This document shows positions 1-9,441 of a stretch of 64,000 nt of DNA, piece after piece (within the stretch, counting starts at the first letter, position 1; every line of letters begins with the position of its first letter). The notes below the pieces were generated by a model. It was given only the letters and a program-made list of their open reading frames with translations, was not told the origin of the DNA and made no database searches. Made by a program: the position numbers and the translations under genes. The stretch comes from Candidatus Multivorans sp. GTDB lineage: Bacteria; Acidobacteriota; Thermoanaerobaculia; Multivoradales; Multivoraceae. The stretch lies in the NCBI GenBank assembly GCA_965224025.1, contig OZ245033.1:1728001-1792000 (forward strand). The letters are read 5' to 3'.

Positions 1-2780
1 TGCGTGTAGCCCAGGTCCAGTTGCCAGTGGCTCGGACCGCGCCGGCTGCCGGCCTGCTCGGCGTAGCGGTTGGTCGACGAGAAGTAGGAGGGCAGTCCGT
101 ACGCGACCGAATCCCATGCCTCCCACGGTTGTCCGGACTGGAAGAAGACGAAGGCGCCGACGCTCGCCCGCCACGGCAGGTCGAGTCGGCCGAACACCTT
201 GGCGAGATGCGGCCGGTCGCCGCGCAGCGTCCCGTCCTTGTTGTCCCATACCTGCCGGCCATAGCCGTCCGCAAGGTTGGACGAACCGATGAACAGGTTG
301 GCGTCGTTGTTCCAGCTCGTGTTGTCCTGGTCGAAGTTGCCGGTGTAGCGGCTCCGCACGTACGAAGCGTTCAGGTAGCCGCGCTTACCGCGCCACACCA
401 ATTCGACCGCGGCCTCCGCGTACTCCGTGTACGCGTCGTCGAGCTCGGCGATCACGTAGCTCGAACCTCCGATTTCCGCTCGAACGGCATCGAGACCCGA
501 CACGTAGAGACCGCGGCCGGCGACGTGGGCGGGGGCGCTGTCGTAGCCCCGGGATCCGTTCCAGGTGTCCTCCCAGAAGTGCCCGCCCTCCCGGCGGCGC
601 AGGTGAGCGCTGAGCGACAGTCCCCGCGACAACGTCCGGGTGGCGCCAAGCGTCCACTCGTCGATGCGGCGGGGCTTCATGCCCTCCTGGAACACTTTGC
701 CCGAAGATCCCGGATACGGCTCGTGGGAGATGATCCGGCCGCCCTCGTCGAATAGCAGGCGGAGGCTGGCGCGGGTGTTCCGGTCCCAGGAAGCCGCGCG
801 CGCCAGCGAGGTCGCCTCCGGGTGGTAGCGAGCGTAGTTCGCGAACACCGTGCCCTCCGCCCGGTAGGACCAGGCGACGCCGAGGCGTGGCTGAATCATA
901 TCCCGCCAGTCGATCGTGTACATCCGGTACTTCTCGCCCGGCGCCAGGGCGAAGCCCGACACCGTGCCCGGCGCCGCCCGCAGACCCTGTCCGTACAGGA
1001 CGTCCTGGCTCAACAGCACGCCGGCGTCGAAAGTGAAGTCGCCCGCGGTCAGGCGGTCGTGGACCTCCAGGGACGTGGTCTCCGTGAAGGAGTCGATCGG
1101 CGAAACCACCGTGCCGTCCGGGCGCCGGAGGCTCATCTGCTGCACCGTGGCGACGTAGAAGACCGGCGTTCCGTCCTCGGCCAGGTCGACGCCGCCAGGC
1201 GCCTCGATGGCGCCCCAACCGTTCGATTCACGGCTCAGCGTCTCGCGGACCTCGGCGGCCCGCAACCCGAAGTGGAGGTCGTGGCCCATGGCGCCCCAGT
1301 CGAACTCATGATCGAAGGCCAGTTCGAAACTCCGCCGGTAGAACGCCTGGTCGTTGATCAACGGATGCGCGCCGACGGCGCCGCCCCCCCGGCGCGCGCC
1401 GTGCTCGTCCGTGTAGCCGTAGCGTTCCACCAGGGGCCTGACCGCGGCGTTGTAGGCATCGGCGCCGTCCACGTACTCGGGGACGCTGAAGTAGCCCATC
1501 CGGTCCAGCTTCTCCACGTCCAGCGCGCCGTCGAGCGCCGGCTGAACGGCCAGCGCCACGTCGGGGCGGGACGAGCCCTCGAGTTCGTAGTCGCTGAACC
1601 GGAACGAGAGGGCGCCCAGGCCCGTCTGCCACACGCCGTCGACGTTCGCCACCCGCTGGTCCGCCCTGCCGCCGAGCGATACCGAATCGGCCTCGTACGG
1701 CCCGACCGAGACGCCGTTCTCCTCGCGCCGCGAGGTGCGGTAACCGGCGTTGAGCAGCACCTGGTCCGACGGCGCGTGCGTCAGCCTGCCGTAGAACTCG
1801 CGGCGGGTGTTCTCGTAGTCCTTGACCGGTCCGTAGGCCGTGGCCGCATTCGTCCGTTCTTCCGTGGGCCGGAAAGCGGAAGCGAAGAAGAAGAGCCGCG
1901 ACGGAACGATCGGGCCGCCGAAGGTGGCGACGGCCCGCTGGCGGGCCGTGTCGTGTCCGGCCACGGGTTCCAGGACCGTCTCGGGTTCCGCCCGGAGATC
2001 CCGCGGCTCCACCGTGTACTCGACGCTGCCCGCGAAGGCGTTCGTACCCGACCTCGCCGTCGAGTCCATCGTGAATCCACCGCTGCGGTTGAAGCCCACC
2101 GCCGTGGCGCCGGCGCGCTCGAAGGTCACCTGGTCGATGTCATGGCTCGAAAGCTCGGCCGACAGCGTGCCGAACATCGGCAGCGACACGTCGACGCCGT
2201 CGAAACGGTACACGTTGTCCTGACCGCTGCCGCCGGCGGCGGGTCCCCGCACGCTGTCCTGGGTCACCTGGACGCCCGGAGCGAGCCGAACGAGGCTGCG
2301 ATAGTCGGGACCGAGCGGCATGTCCCGCACCGCCTCGCCGTCGATGGCGCTGGCGACGGCGGCACGGCCGCGGACCGCGACCCGCTCTCCTACGACGACG
2401 AGTTCCTCGCTGACCGCGGCGGCCGCGGCGTCGAGCTCCAGGTTCAGCGTCGTCGTCCGGCCGAGCAAGACCTGTGCCTCGACCGCGCGGCTTGCTCCCG
2501 CCGGGGTCGTGAACGTGACCCGATAGAGGCCCGGGTAGAGCCGCGGCAGCGCGTAGTGGCCGGACGCGCCGGTGACGGTCGACCTTGGCCGGGGCACGGC
2601 CCCGGTCTCGGCCAGAATGCCGATGCCCTCGGGCGAGGCGGCGCCGCGCAGCGTCACCGTCCCTTCGATACGCCCGGTCTGCTGGGCCGTCGCGGCGCCG
2701 GCGCAGAACAGCAGCGCCAGAGTCAAGGACGCGGCGCCGACCCCGCACGTCCGGTTCCCGATTCTCCTCACGATCGTCAT
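1..2780 (-). CDS. TonB-dependent receptor (Oar-like, N-terminal carboxypeptidase-regulatory-like domain); 3' end runs off the window
   Basis: Manual minus-strand translation from ATG 2780: MTIVRRIGNRTCGVGAASLTLALLFCAGAATAQQTGRIEGTV...GHYALPRLYPGLYRVTF, i.e. a signal peptide plus carboxypeptidase-regulatory-like domain. Frame spot-checked at ~1289 and ~20. Not in the ORF track, consistent with no stop inside the window. Confidence 0.85.
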   Translation of the reverse strand, partial: MTIVRRIGNRTCGVGAASLTLALLFCAGAATAQQTGRIEGTVTLRGAASPEGIGILAETGAVPRPRSTVTGASGHYALPRLYPGLYRVTFTTPAGASRAVEAQVLLGRTTTLNLELDAAAAAVSEELVVVGERVAVRGRAAVASAIDGEAVRDMPLGPDYRSLVRLAPGVQVTQDSVRGPAAGGSGQDNVYRFDGVDVSLPMFGTLSAELSSHDIDQVTFERAGATAVGFNRSGGFTMDSTARSGTNAFAGSVEYTVEPRDLRAEPETVLEPVAGHDTARQRAVATFGGPIVPSRLFFFASAFRPTEERTNAATAYGPVKDYENTRREFYGRLTHAPSDQVLLNAGYRTSRREENGVSVGPYEADSVSLGGRADQRVANVDGVWQTGLGALSFRFSDYELEGSSRPDVALAVQPALDGALDVEKLDRMGYFSVPEYVDGADAYNAAVRPLVERYGYTDEHGARRGGGAVGAHPLINDQAFYRRSFELAFDHEFDWGAMGHDLHFGLRAAEVRETLSRESNGWGAIEAPGGVDLAEDGTPVFYVATVQQMSLRRPDGTVVSPIDSFTETTSLEVHDRLTAGDFTFDAGVLLSQDVLYGQGLRAAPGTVSGFALAPGEKYRMYTIDWRDMIQPRLGVAWSYRAEGTVFANYARYHPEATSLARAASWDRNTRASLRLLFDEGGRIISHEPYPGSSGKVFQEGMKPRRIDEWTLGATRTLSRGLSLSAHLRRREGGHFWEDTWNGSRGYDSAPAHVAGRGLYVSGLDAVRAEIGGSSYVIAELDDAYTEYAEAAVELVWRGKRGYLNASYVRSRYTGNFDQDNTSWNNDANLFIGSSNLADGYGRQVWDNKDGTLRGDRPHLAKVFGRLDLPWRASVGAFVFFQSGQPWEAWDSVAYGLPSYFSSTNRYAEQAGSRRGPSHWQLDLGYT

Positions 2781-2830
2781 CCCGCTCGCGCGAACTCTCG
2801 CACACCACCGGACTGTCCGGCGGTCGCCAG

Positions 2831-3946
2831 TCAGTCGTCGCCCAACGTGCCCGCGCGCCGGGCGAGAGACGCGACCCCGCGGTAGTACGCCTCGTCCCGT
2901 GCCAGATCTTCCCGGTTGACCAGCATCGGGTTGTCCTGCAGACCGCGCAGCCAGGCGTGGTAGGCGAGTCCCGCCTTGTAGTAACGGGTTGGCGGCTGAA
3001 AGATGAAGCGTGCGAGTTCCTCGGCGGGGCCCATCAGTTCGCGGTAGCGATCGATGTCGCCGTCGCCGAGCGCGCGGAGCGCCCGCGACGCCGGCACGGC
3101 GACCGCGTCGAATGCGCCCAGCAGCGCGTGGCTGAAGTCGCCCAAACGCACCCTGCGGCCCTTCAACTCCAACGTGGCGGGGAGTCTTGAACCCCTGGCC
3201 GGCGGGCGCCCTTCCAGTAGCCGGGCGAAGTGGTGGTCGTCGCCGGTCAGGACGATCTGGCCGCGCATGGCGATGCGGCGGCGGAGCCGCACCTCGAACT
3301 CCTCGTCCAGCAGCGAGAGCTTGACCCCGCGCACCTTGTCCGCGTGCCGGGCGAGGATTCGCTCCAGGCTGTTGCCGGGAAAGTAGCCGCGCATCGCCGG
3401 ATGGAACATCTCGCCCAGCCAGTGCAGGAACAGCGGTCCCTCGAGTTGGTCGATGATCGCCGAGTACACATCGACGTACTCCCTCTCGGTGGCGCCGTTC
3501 GTCGACAGATGGGGCATCGGCAACAGGACGGGTACCCCTCCCAGCTCGTCGATGAACTCCGCCTGCTCCGCCACCGCGTCGATCAGCTCCGTCTTGCTGC
3601 CGACCGCGTCGACCTGGTCGCTGCCGGCGCCCGCGACAAAACCGTTCCGGAGTTCCAGGGAGGAGCAGAGTTCGATCAGCCGTCGGGCGCTCGGCCAGCC
3701 GATCTCGAAGCGCTGCGCCGTGTCCATCGCCTCGGCGACGCCGAAGCCGAACGAGTCGACGAAGCGGCGCAGGCCGGCCGTCGCCTTCCAGTCGATCCAG
3801 TGCTCGATCTCGCGGGCCGAACCGGGACGTTCGAGCGAGTGGTCGACCTCGGCATAGCCGCCGCGCACGACGACATGGAGAGCGGCGTAGCAGAGCCTTG
3901 GCAGCGGCGCGAGGCCCCCGGACGGTTCTTGGTGGGCTGCGCTCAC
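2831..3946 (-). CDS. DUF993 / dihydrodipicolinate-synthase-like TIM-barrel protein
   Basis: Motifs GVAEAMDTAQR, LHWLGEMF, GVKLSLLD, TGDD, SHALLGAFD and PTRYYKAGL are typical of DUF993. Confidence 0.85.
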   Translation of the reverse strand: MSAAHQEPSGGLAPLPRLCYAALHVVVRGGYAEVDHSLERPGSAREIEHWIDWKATAGLRRFVDSFGFGVAEAMDTAQRFEIGWPSARRLIELCSSLELRNGFVAGAGSDQVDAVGSKTELIDAVAEQAEFIDELGGVPVLLPMPHLSTNGATEREYVDVYSAIIDQLEGPLFLHWLGEMFHPAMRGYFPGNSLERILARHADKVRGVKLSLLDEEFEVRLRRRIAMRGQIVLTGDDHHFARLLEGRPPARGSRLPATLELKGRRVRLGDFSHALLGAFDAVAVPASRALRALGDGDIDRYRELMGPAEELARFIFQPPTRYYKAGLAYHAWLRGLQDNPMLVNREDLARDEAYYRGVASLARRAGTLGDD

Positions 3947-5427
3947 AAAGCGGCCGCCTTCTTGATGTCACGGATCCGGGCGAACTCGGGGGTCTGCCGG
4001 TAGTGCTCGTCCAGCGGGTAGCAACCGCTGACCATGTTGTTGCGCGGCCCCGTCGTGCAGTCGCTGAAGGTGCGGCAGATCCGGCGGCGTTCAAGCGGCC
4101 GTCCCGCAAGCACGTCGGCCGGCAGGCGCGGGTAGGCCAGCACCATCCGCCCGAGGCCAACGAAGTCGACGTGACCGGCAGCGACTTCCGCCTCGGCCAT
4201 GTGGGGCAGCCACTCCTGCAGGTAGCTGTAGCCCGTTCCCACGAGAGGCAGCCCCGGAAGAGCCGCGCGCACCGTGCGCACGGCCGCCAGTTGTCGCAGC
4301 ACCGAACGCAGCGGATCCTCGGGAGGCAAGTAGCTGTCCGACGCCGGGTACGTGAACGGCCGCGACAGGTGCGGACAACTGTAGGGCGATCCCATCGTCA
4401 CGTTGACGGCCTCGACTCCAGCCTCGGTCAGGAGTGCGATGTAGCGGATTGCCTCAGAGCAGGCGGGTTCGGGAACGGCGCAGTTCGGGGCGTCGATGCC
4501 GAAGCCGAGACGAGCGAGGCGCAGCCCGAGATCCGGACCGTCGAGGTCGGTGAGGTCGGGCGTTCCGACGCCGTCAACCCCGGCGGCAAACGGCGCTACA
4601 TCGCCGACTGACAGCCGGACGCCGATGCCAAGACGCGGGCACGCAGAGCGCACCGACCCGACAATCTCGAGTGGCAAGCGCACTCTCTTCTCGAACCGAC
4701 CGCCGTAGGGCCCCGGCCGGTTCCGGGCGCCGAGCAGTTCATGTAACAGGTAGCCGTGGCAGCACTTGATGTCCACGAAGTCGTAGCCGGCCCGCTCGGC
4801 ACACCGTGCGGCGCGCACGTAGGCGCGGGCGATCTCCTCCAACTGCTCATCACTGATCAAGGGCCGCTTCCCGGCCTCACCGAGCCGGCCGTCAAGAGTC
4901 GGATGGACCTGCGCCCGAAGCGGCCGCGGCAACGCGGGCGGCGGATCGGGCCGCGACAACCGGCCCGAGTGGGTCAACTGCAGGCCGATGACCGGCCTAG
5001 CGCCGCCCACTCCACTCTCCTCGTGGCCAGCCAGGATCTCCTCCCGCAGCGCTTCGAGCCAAGCGACGCAGTCGTCCAGCCGGTCGCCATCGATGAAGAG
5101 CTGGTTCGGGTTCGCGCGCCCTTCGAGAACCACCGCCACCGCCTCGCCACCCCAGATCAGCTTCGCCCCGCTCAAGCCGAACCGCCGCCAACGCCGCCGC
5201 GTCAGGTCGCTCGGGCTGCCGTCGCGGTTCCCGTCCCAACCCTCCATCGGATGGATCGCGAACCGGTTGCCGGCCCCGCGGCCAAACACGGTGAGCGGCT
5301 TCGCCAGCGGCCCCTCCGGGCCGAGCAACTCGTCGCCGCAGTGGAACGCCGGATCGAGACTGCGCAGGTGCTCCCGAAAGGCCTCGACGGTGCGATGGTG
5401 GCCGGGAGGCGTGTATCGTCGACTCAT
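3943..5427 (-). CDS. NADH:flavin oxidoreductase (old yellow enzyme family)
   Basis: NRFAIHPMEGWD, GLQLTHSGR, GYDFVDIKCCHGYLLHELL and a C-terminal CRTFSDC motif. Confidence 0.9.
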   Translation of the reverse strand: MSRRYTPPGHHRTVEAFREHLRSLDPAFHCGDELLGPEGPLAKPLTVFGRGAGNRFAIHPMEGWDGNRDGSPSDLTRRRWRRFGLSGAKLIWGGEAVAVVLEGRANPNQLFIDGDRLDDCVAWLEALREEILAGHEESGVGGARPVIGLQLTHSGRLSRPDPPPALPRPLRAQVHPTLDGRLGEAGKRPLISDEQLEEIARAYVRAARCAERAGYDFVDIKCCHGYLLHELLGARNRPGPYGGRFEKRVRLPLEIVGSVRSACPRLGIGVRLSVGDVAPFAAGVDGVGTPDLTDLDGPDLGLRLARLGFGIDAPNCAVPEPACSEAIRYIALLTEAGVEAVNVTMGSPYSCPHLSRPFTYPASDSYLPPEDPLRSVLRQLAAVRTVRAALPGLPLVGTGYSYLQEWLPHMAEAEVAAGHVDFVGLGRMVLAYPRLPADVLAGRPLERRRICRTFSDCTTGPRNNMVSGCYPLDEHYRQTPEFARIRDIKKAAAL

Positions 5428-5757
5428 GATGGAGCACAGAGGCTACATGGGCAAAGTCGAGGTCGAAGACGACGAATTCTACGGCGTCGTCGTCAGCCTC
5501 CATCGCGACCATGTCGACTTCGCGGTCGGACGATCGACGAGGTCCGCGGGGCCTTTCGCGACTCGGTCGACTTCTACCTGAAGGGCTCCGAGGAAGACGG
5601 CGAAGAACCAGAGAGGCCCTTTTAGGGCCGATTCGTCGTCCGCCTGCCGCCCGCGACGCACCGCCGAGCCAGCACGCTCTCTCGAATCGAGAACCGGAGC
5701 CTGAATGCGGTCGTCGCCGACGCGATCGAGACCTACCTGACCGGTCGAGGCCTGTAG
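5426..5757 (+). pseudogene. hicB: HicB-family antitoxin remnant (frameshift plus internal TAG)
   Basis: Joined frames read MMEHRGYMGKVEVEDDEFYGVVVSLHRDHVDF / RTIDEVRGAFRDSVDFYLKGSEEDGEEPERPF*GRFVVRLPPATHRRASTLSRIENRSLNAVVADAIETYL, matching the HicB plus RHH layout. Confidence 0.75.
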
Positions 5758-5765
5758 CGGAACGC

Positions 5766-7316
5766 TTACGGTCCTGCAGCGGCTTCAAACGGCTGCCAGG
5801 GTTCCGGGCCGTCCGGCAGGGCACTGAGGAATTTGGCCCCCACGTCCTGGTACCAGGCGTGAAGCCGCGCTCGCATCTCGGCGACCCGTTCCGGCCGTGC
5901 CGCGGCCAGGTCGTTCCGTTCGCCGACATCTGCGTCCAGGTCGTAGAGATGGACCTGACCGTCCTCATAGCGCTCGATCAGCTTGTAGCGGCCTGTGGAG
6001 ACAGCGCCGCCCGGGAAGCCGCCCTGGTTGCCGTAGTGCGGGTAGTGCCAGAACAGGTCACGCTCCGCCGCGGCGGTGGCCGCGGCTTCGCCGACTTCGC
6101 CGCCGCGCAGCACGTCGAGGAAGCTAACGCCGTCGATCTCGATTCCGGACCGCTGGTCGATGCCGGCAGCTTCGAGCAGCGTCGGGTAGAAGTCGGTGCT
6201 GAGGACCGGCGCGCCGACTTCGCGGCCCGGCGCCACTACGGCCGGCCACCGAACGATCATCGGCTCCCGGATGCCGCCCTCGTACAGCCAGCCCTTGCCG
6301 CCGCGTAGCGGCAGGTTTGACGTCGGCGCCCCTTCCGCCGTCGACAGGCCGCCATTGTCCGAGAAGAAGACGACGATCGTGTTCCCGGCCAAGTCGAGGG
6401 CGTCGAGCCGGTCGAGGACGCGGCCGACGCTGGTGTCGAGGGTCTCGACCATTGCCGCGTAGACCGTGTGGTTCTGCACCTGGCGCACCCGTCGCGGTTC
6501 ATCGCGCGGCCAGATCTGCTCCTCGTCGCCGAAGTCGTCGGGATCAGCCGGCGCGCCGACTTCGACGCCCGCCTTCGCCGCGTACTTCGCGATCAGGTCC
6601 GCCGGTGCCCGCAACGGCGTGTGGACCGTGTAGTAGGACAGGTAGAGCAGGAAGGGTCTGCCTTCCTCGGCCGCCGCGTAGCCGTCGAGCAGTGCCAGCG
6701 CCTCGTCGGTAAGCCGAGCGGTGAGATGCTCGTCCTCGGAGCCGTCCTCCAGGGTCGGGTTCGAGTAGGGCGAGAAGTAACTCCGGGGCATCCCGCCGCG
6801 GTGGCCGCCGACGTTCACGTCGAAGCCCTGCGCCAGCGGCCAGAACTCCTCCGTCGGCCCCAGGTGCCACTTGCCCAGGAACGCCGTGCTGTAGCCGTCG
6901 TCCCGGAGCGCCTCGGCGAGGGTGTACTCCTCCAGTGGCATGCGGTCGTTGAGCGGCGCCGGCGCGAACTTCTCCTCGCGGCGGACCACGAAGTAGTTCG
7001 TCGCGCCCACCCGGGTCGGATAGCGGCCGGTCACTATGCTGTAGCGGGTCGGGCTGCAGACCGGGTTCGCCGCGTAGCCGCGAGTGAAACGGAGCCCGCC
7101 GGCCGCCAGCCGGTCGATGTTCGGCGTCTCGTAGAAGGTGTCCGGGTTGAAGGCGCCGACATCCATTGCGCCGAGATCGTCGACCAGGAGGAAGACGATG
7201 TTCGGAGGCTCGCGGGAGGGTTCACCGCCGCACGCGGCCGCCAGGGCCGCCAGGCAGAGGAAGCCGAGCCTCGCAGCCGCGAACCGCCAATGATCTCTTC
7301 TGGCTCGGCGCATCAT
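5766..7316 (-). CDS. Sulfatase (formylglycine-dependent), probable lipoprotein
   Basis: PPNIVFLLVDDLG, CSPTR signature, GKWHLG, SDNGG, KGWLYEGGIREP; lipobox LAAAC. Start placed at the MMRR ATG. Confidence 0.92.
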   Translation of the reverse strand: MMRRARRDHWRFAAARLGFLCLAALAAACGGEPSREPPNIVFLLVDDLGAMDVGAFNPDTFYETPNIDRLAAGGLRFTRGYAANPVCSPTRYSIVTGRYPTRVGATNYFVVRREEKFAPAPLNDRMPLEEYTLAEALRDDGYSTAFLGKWHLGPTEEFWPLAQGFDVNVGGHRGGMPRSYFSPYSNPTLEDGSEDEHLTARLTDEALALLDGYAAAEEGRPFLLYLSYYTVHTPLRAPADLIAKYAAKAGVEVGAPADPDDFGDEEQIWPRDEPRRVRQVQNHTVYAAMVETLDTSVGRVLDRLDALDLAGNTIVVFFSDNGGLSTAEGAPTSNLPLRGGKGWLYEGGIREPMIVRWPAVVAPGREVGAPVLSTDFYPTLLEAAGIDQRSGIEIDGVSFLDVLRGGEVGEAAATAAAERDLFWHYPHYGNQGGFPGGAVSTGRYKLIERYEDGQVHLYDLDADVGERNDLAAARPERVAEMRARLHAWYQDVGAKFLSALPDGPEPWQPFEAAAGP

Positions 7317-7327
7317 CGAGAGTCTCC

Positions 7328-8263
7328 TCAAACCGTCTCCGGCCGCGCAATGGGCGAATCCAGCATCGCCCCGGGGTCTTCTGCCGTCCACAGAGACGCC
7401 GGCCGACCACCGCGCCGGTCAGGTGAAGCCAGAGCCAGTCGCCGACCGCGAGAATGTCGGGCCAGGGCTTCTTCGGACGGTTCTTTCACAGACCAGTCCA
7501 ACAGACGCGGCGCCGAAGCGGCCTGGGGAGCCCTCCGTCCGACGCCGGAAATGGCCTCGGCCAGCATGTGGTCGTCGGAATCGAGCGAACTAGCCGACGC
7601 TCTGGCGCCTATGCCGGCCTCCTCGAACTCGTGGGGGTCCACGACACGAAAGGCGCCGTTGTAGCGCACCTTGCGCTGGAAGTTCCCCGCATCCAGCTTC
7701 GTGCTCCAGACCACTTCGTACACCTCGCGCAGTTCGCTGATCGTGAACGCGGGCCCACAGAACCTCACCCCGACAGCCGTGTACTCCAGCTTGGCCCGCA
7801 GGCGGTCCACCGCGTCCTGGACGATCTGCCGATGATCGAAGGCCAGTTCGATGTGACCGTCCTCGATACGCGCCAGCGGCAGCAATTCAGCCCGAACTGC
7901 ATCGCTCCCTCCCCTCGGTTGCGGCAGTTGCGCGCAGGCAGCCCAGTACGCGACCGAAATCACGCGCATCCGCGGATCCCGACCGGCGGCGCCATAGGTG
8001 GCGAGCTGTTCGAGATAGGCCGCGCCCGGGCCGATACCGGTTTCCTCCTCCAACTCCCGTGCTGCCGCGTGATCCAGATCCGGGTCATCCGGCTGAACAA
8101 AGCCGCCCGGCAGAGCCCACGAGCCGCGGAACGGTTCGACCCCCCGCTCGATCAGCAGGACCTGGAGAACGCCGTCCTGGATCGCGAACAGAACCACGTC
8201 GACCGTGACGCCCACGGGGGGAAAGCCGCGCGGGTCGTAGCCGGAGGGAACGCCAGGGTTCAT
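7328..8263 (-). CDS. nrtR: NrtR-family Nudix/wHTH transcriptional regulator
   Basis: VTVDVVLF, WALPGGFV...AARELEEETG Nudix box, YLEQLATYG..GRDPRMRVISVAY, LAFDHRQIV, FTISELREVYE, NFQRKV...GGRPASLW. Confidence 0.85.
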   Translation of the reverse strand: MNPGVPSGYDPRGFPPVGVTVDVVLFAIQDGVLQVLLIERGVEPFRGSWALPGGFVQPDDPDLDHAAARELEEETGIGPGAAYLEQLATYGAAGRDPRMRVISVAYWAACAQLPQPRGGSDAVRAELLPLARIEDGHIELAFDHRQIVQDAVDRLRAKLEYTAVGVRFCGPAFTISELREVYEVVWSTKLDAGNFQRKVRYNGAFRVVDPHEFEEAGIGARASASSLDSDDHMLAEAISGVGRRAPQAASAPRLLDWSVKEPSEEALARHSRGRRLALASPDRRGGRPASLWTAEDPGAMLDSPIARPETV

Positions 8264-8326
8264 CTCCGTTTCAGTGTAGCCGCCGTCCGCACGGTCGAGT
8301 TCCTGCCGCCACCGAGGTTCCTGTGG

Positions 8327-8373
8327 TTATTGACGTTGAAACAATATCCTGTTATTGTCTATGCCACAATAAC
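8327..8373. promoter_or_regulatory. Two tandem NrtR-type operator palindromes
   Basis: TTATTGACGTTGAAACAATAT (8327-8347) and TTATTGTCTATGCCACAATAA (8352-8372). The second fits the 21-bp GT-N7-AC NrtR consensus exactly. AT-rich patch between nrtR and the divergent gene. Confidence 0.8.
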
Positions 8374-8389
8374 ACTCGGAGGGCCTCCT

Positions 8390-9298
8390 ATGGATTCTCA
8401 TCGCACAGTCCCCAACCTCGAGATCGCCGCCGTCGGCAACCCGCTCACCCGTCTCGGCGTCTCGTTCTTTCCCATCTACCTGCCGGCCAACGACCTCCCC
8501 GAGATCGCCAGCGGAGACTCGGCGAAATGCGAGATCGACGAGCTCGACGACGCGACAGTGCCGTCGCTCTCCGTCCACAACCGCGGCGAAACAGCCGCCC
8601 TCCTCGTTGAGGGCGAGCACTTCCTGGGCGGCAAGCAGAACCGGATGGTCAACGTCACCGTCCTCGTTCCCGCCGCAACCAAGCTGGAAATCCCCGTTTC
8701 CTGCCTCGAGCAGGGCCGCTGGGGACGAGCCCGGTCATACCGGAGGGCCCGGACCTTCACCCCTGCCCGCGTTCGCTCGCTAAACCAGAGGCACGTTCAC
8801 GCCTCGATGCGTGCTGCAGGCTCCAGACGCGGCAACCAGGGCGCCATCTGGGACGGCGTGGACAACCTCCTGCGAGACCAGGGCACACGTTCCGAGACGT
8901 CGGCTGCGGCAGACGTCGACGCTGTCTACACACGAGACCGTACGCGCTCCGACGTGGTGGAAGAACTCACCCGCATGGGATCTTTGCCCGGCCAATGCGG
9001 GGTCGCCGTCTCGCACGGTCGGTGGGTGACCGCGATCGAATTGTTCGGAGCGCCGCACCTGCTCCAGGCCCACTGGAGCGGGATCGTTCGCTCGCACATG
9101 GTCGAGTCCGCAAGGCCCCAAGGGCGTCCGTCTCCGTCCGCCGTGCTCTCCATACTCCGACGCTTTGCGACTCTGCCTGTGGACAGAACCGAGGGAGTCG
9201 GTCTGGGAGTCGAGTGCCGAGGCGAGGACCGGTGGATCACGGGCCAGGCGCTGACACTGGACGAGTCCTTCGTCCACGGTACTGCGTTCGCCAACTAG
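8390..9298 (+). CDS. ARPP-1 / DUF6569 family protein
   Basis: GGAGG RBS then ATG 8390. Motif VPSLSVHNRG...LLVEGEHFLGGKQNRMVNVTVLVPA...IPVSCLEQGRW and QGAIW. Confidence 0.8.
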   Translation: MDSHRTVPNLEIAAVGNPLTRLGVSFFPIYLPANDLPEIASGDSAKCEIDELDDATVPSLSVHNRGETAALLVEGEHFLGGKQNRMVNVTVLVPAATKLEIPVSCLEQGRWGRARSYRRARTFTPARVRSLNQRHVHASMRAAGSRRGNQGAIWDGVDNLLRDQGTRSETSAAADVDAVYTRDRTRSDVVEELTRMGSLPGQCGVAVSHGRWVTAIELFGAPHLLQAHWSGIVRSHMVESARPQGRPSPSAVLSILRRFATLPVDRTEGVGLGVECRGEDRWITGQALTLDESFVHGTAFAN

Positions 9299-9441
9299 AG
9301 CCACCACCCCGGATGCCCCAAGTGCGGGCGAGGCGCCGGCGTGCCCCGGACCGAACCGGTGGCTTCGTCCTTCCGCAAGGCTCCTGGGAGCTACAATCGG
9401 GGGCCGCCTCGGGGCAAGCTTCCGATCCAGGGAGGAGATTC

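Noticed and set aside
21-2885. Long plus-strand ORFs (21-755, 822-2885) and many other long antisense ORFs such as 12130-14553, 19304-21295 and 35389-37119
   Set aside because: These are shadow ORFs of high-GC coding strands; the opposite strand carries recognisable protein motifs.
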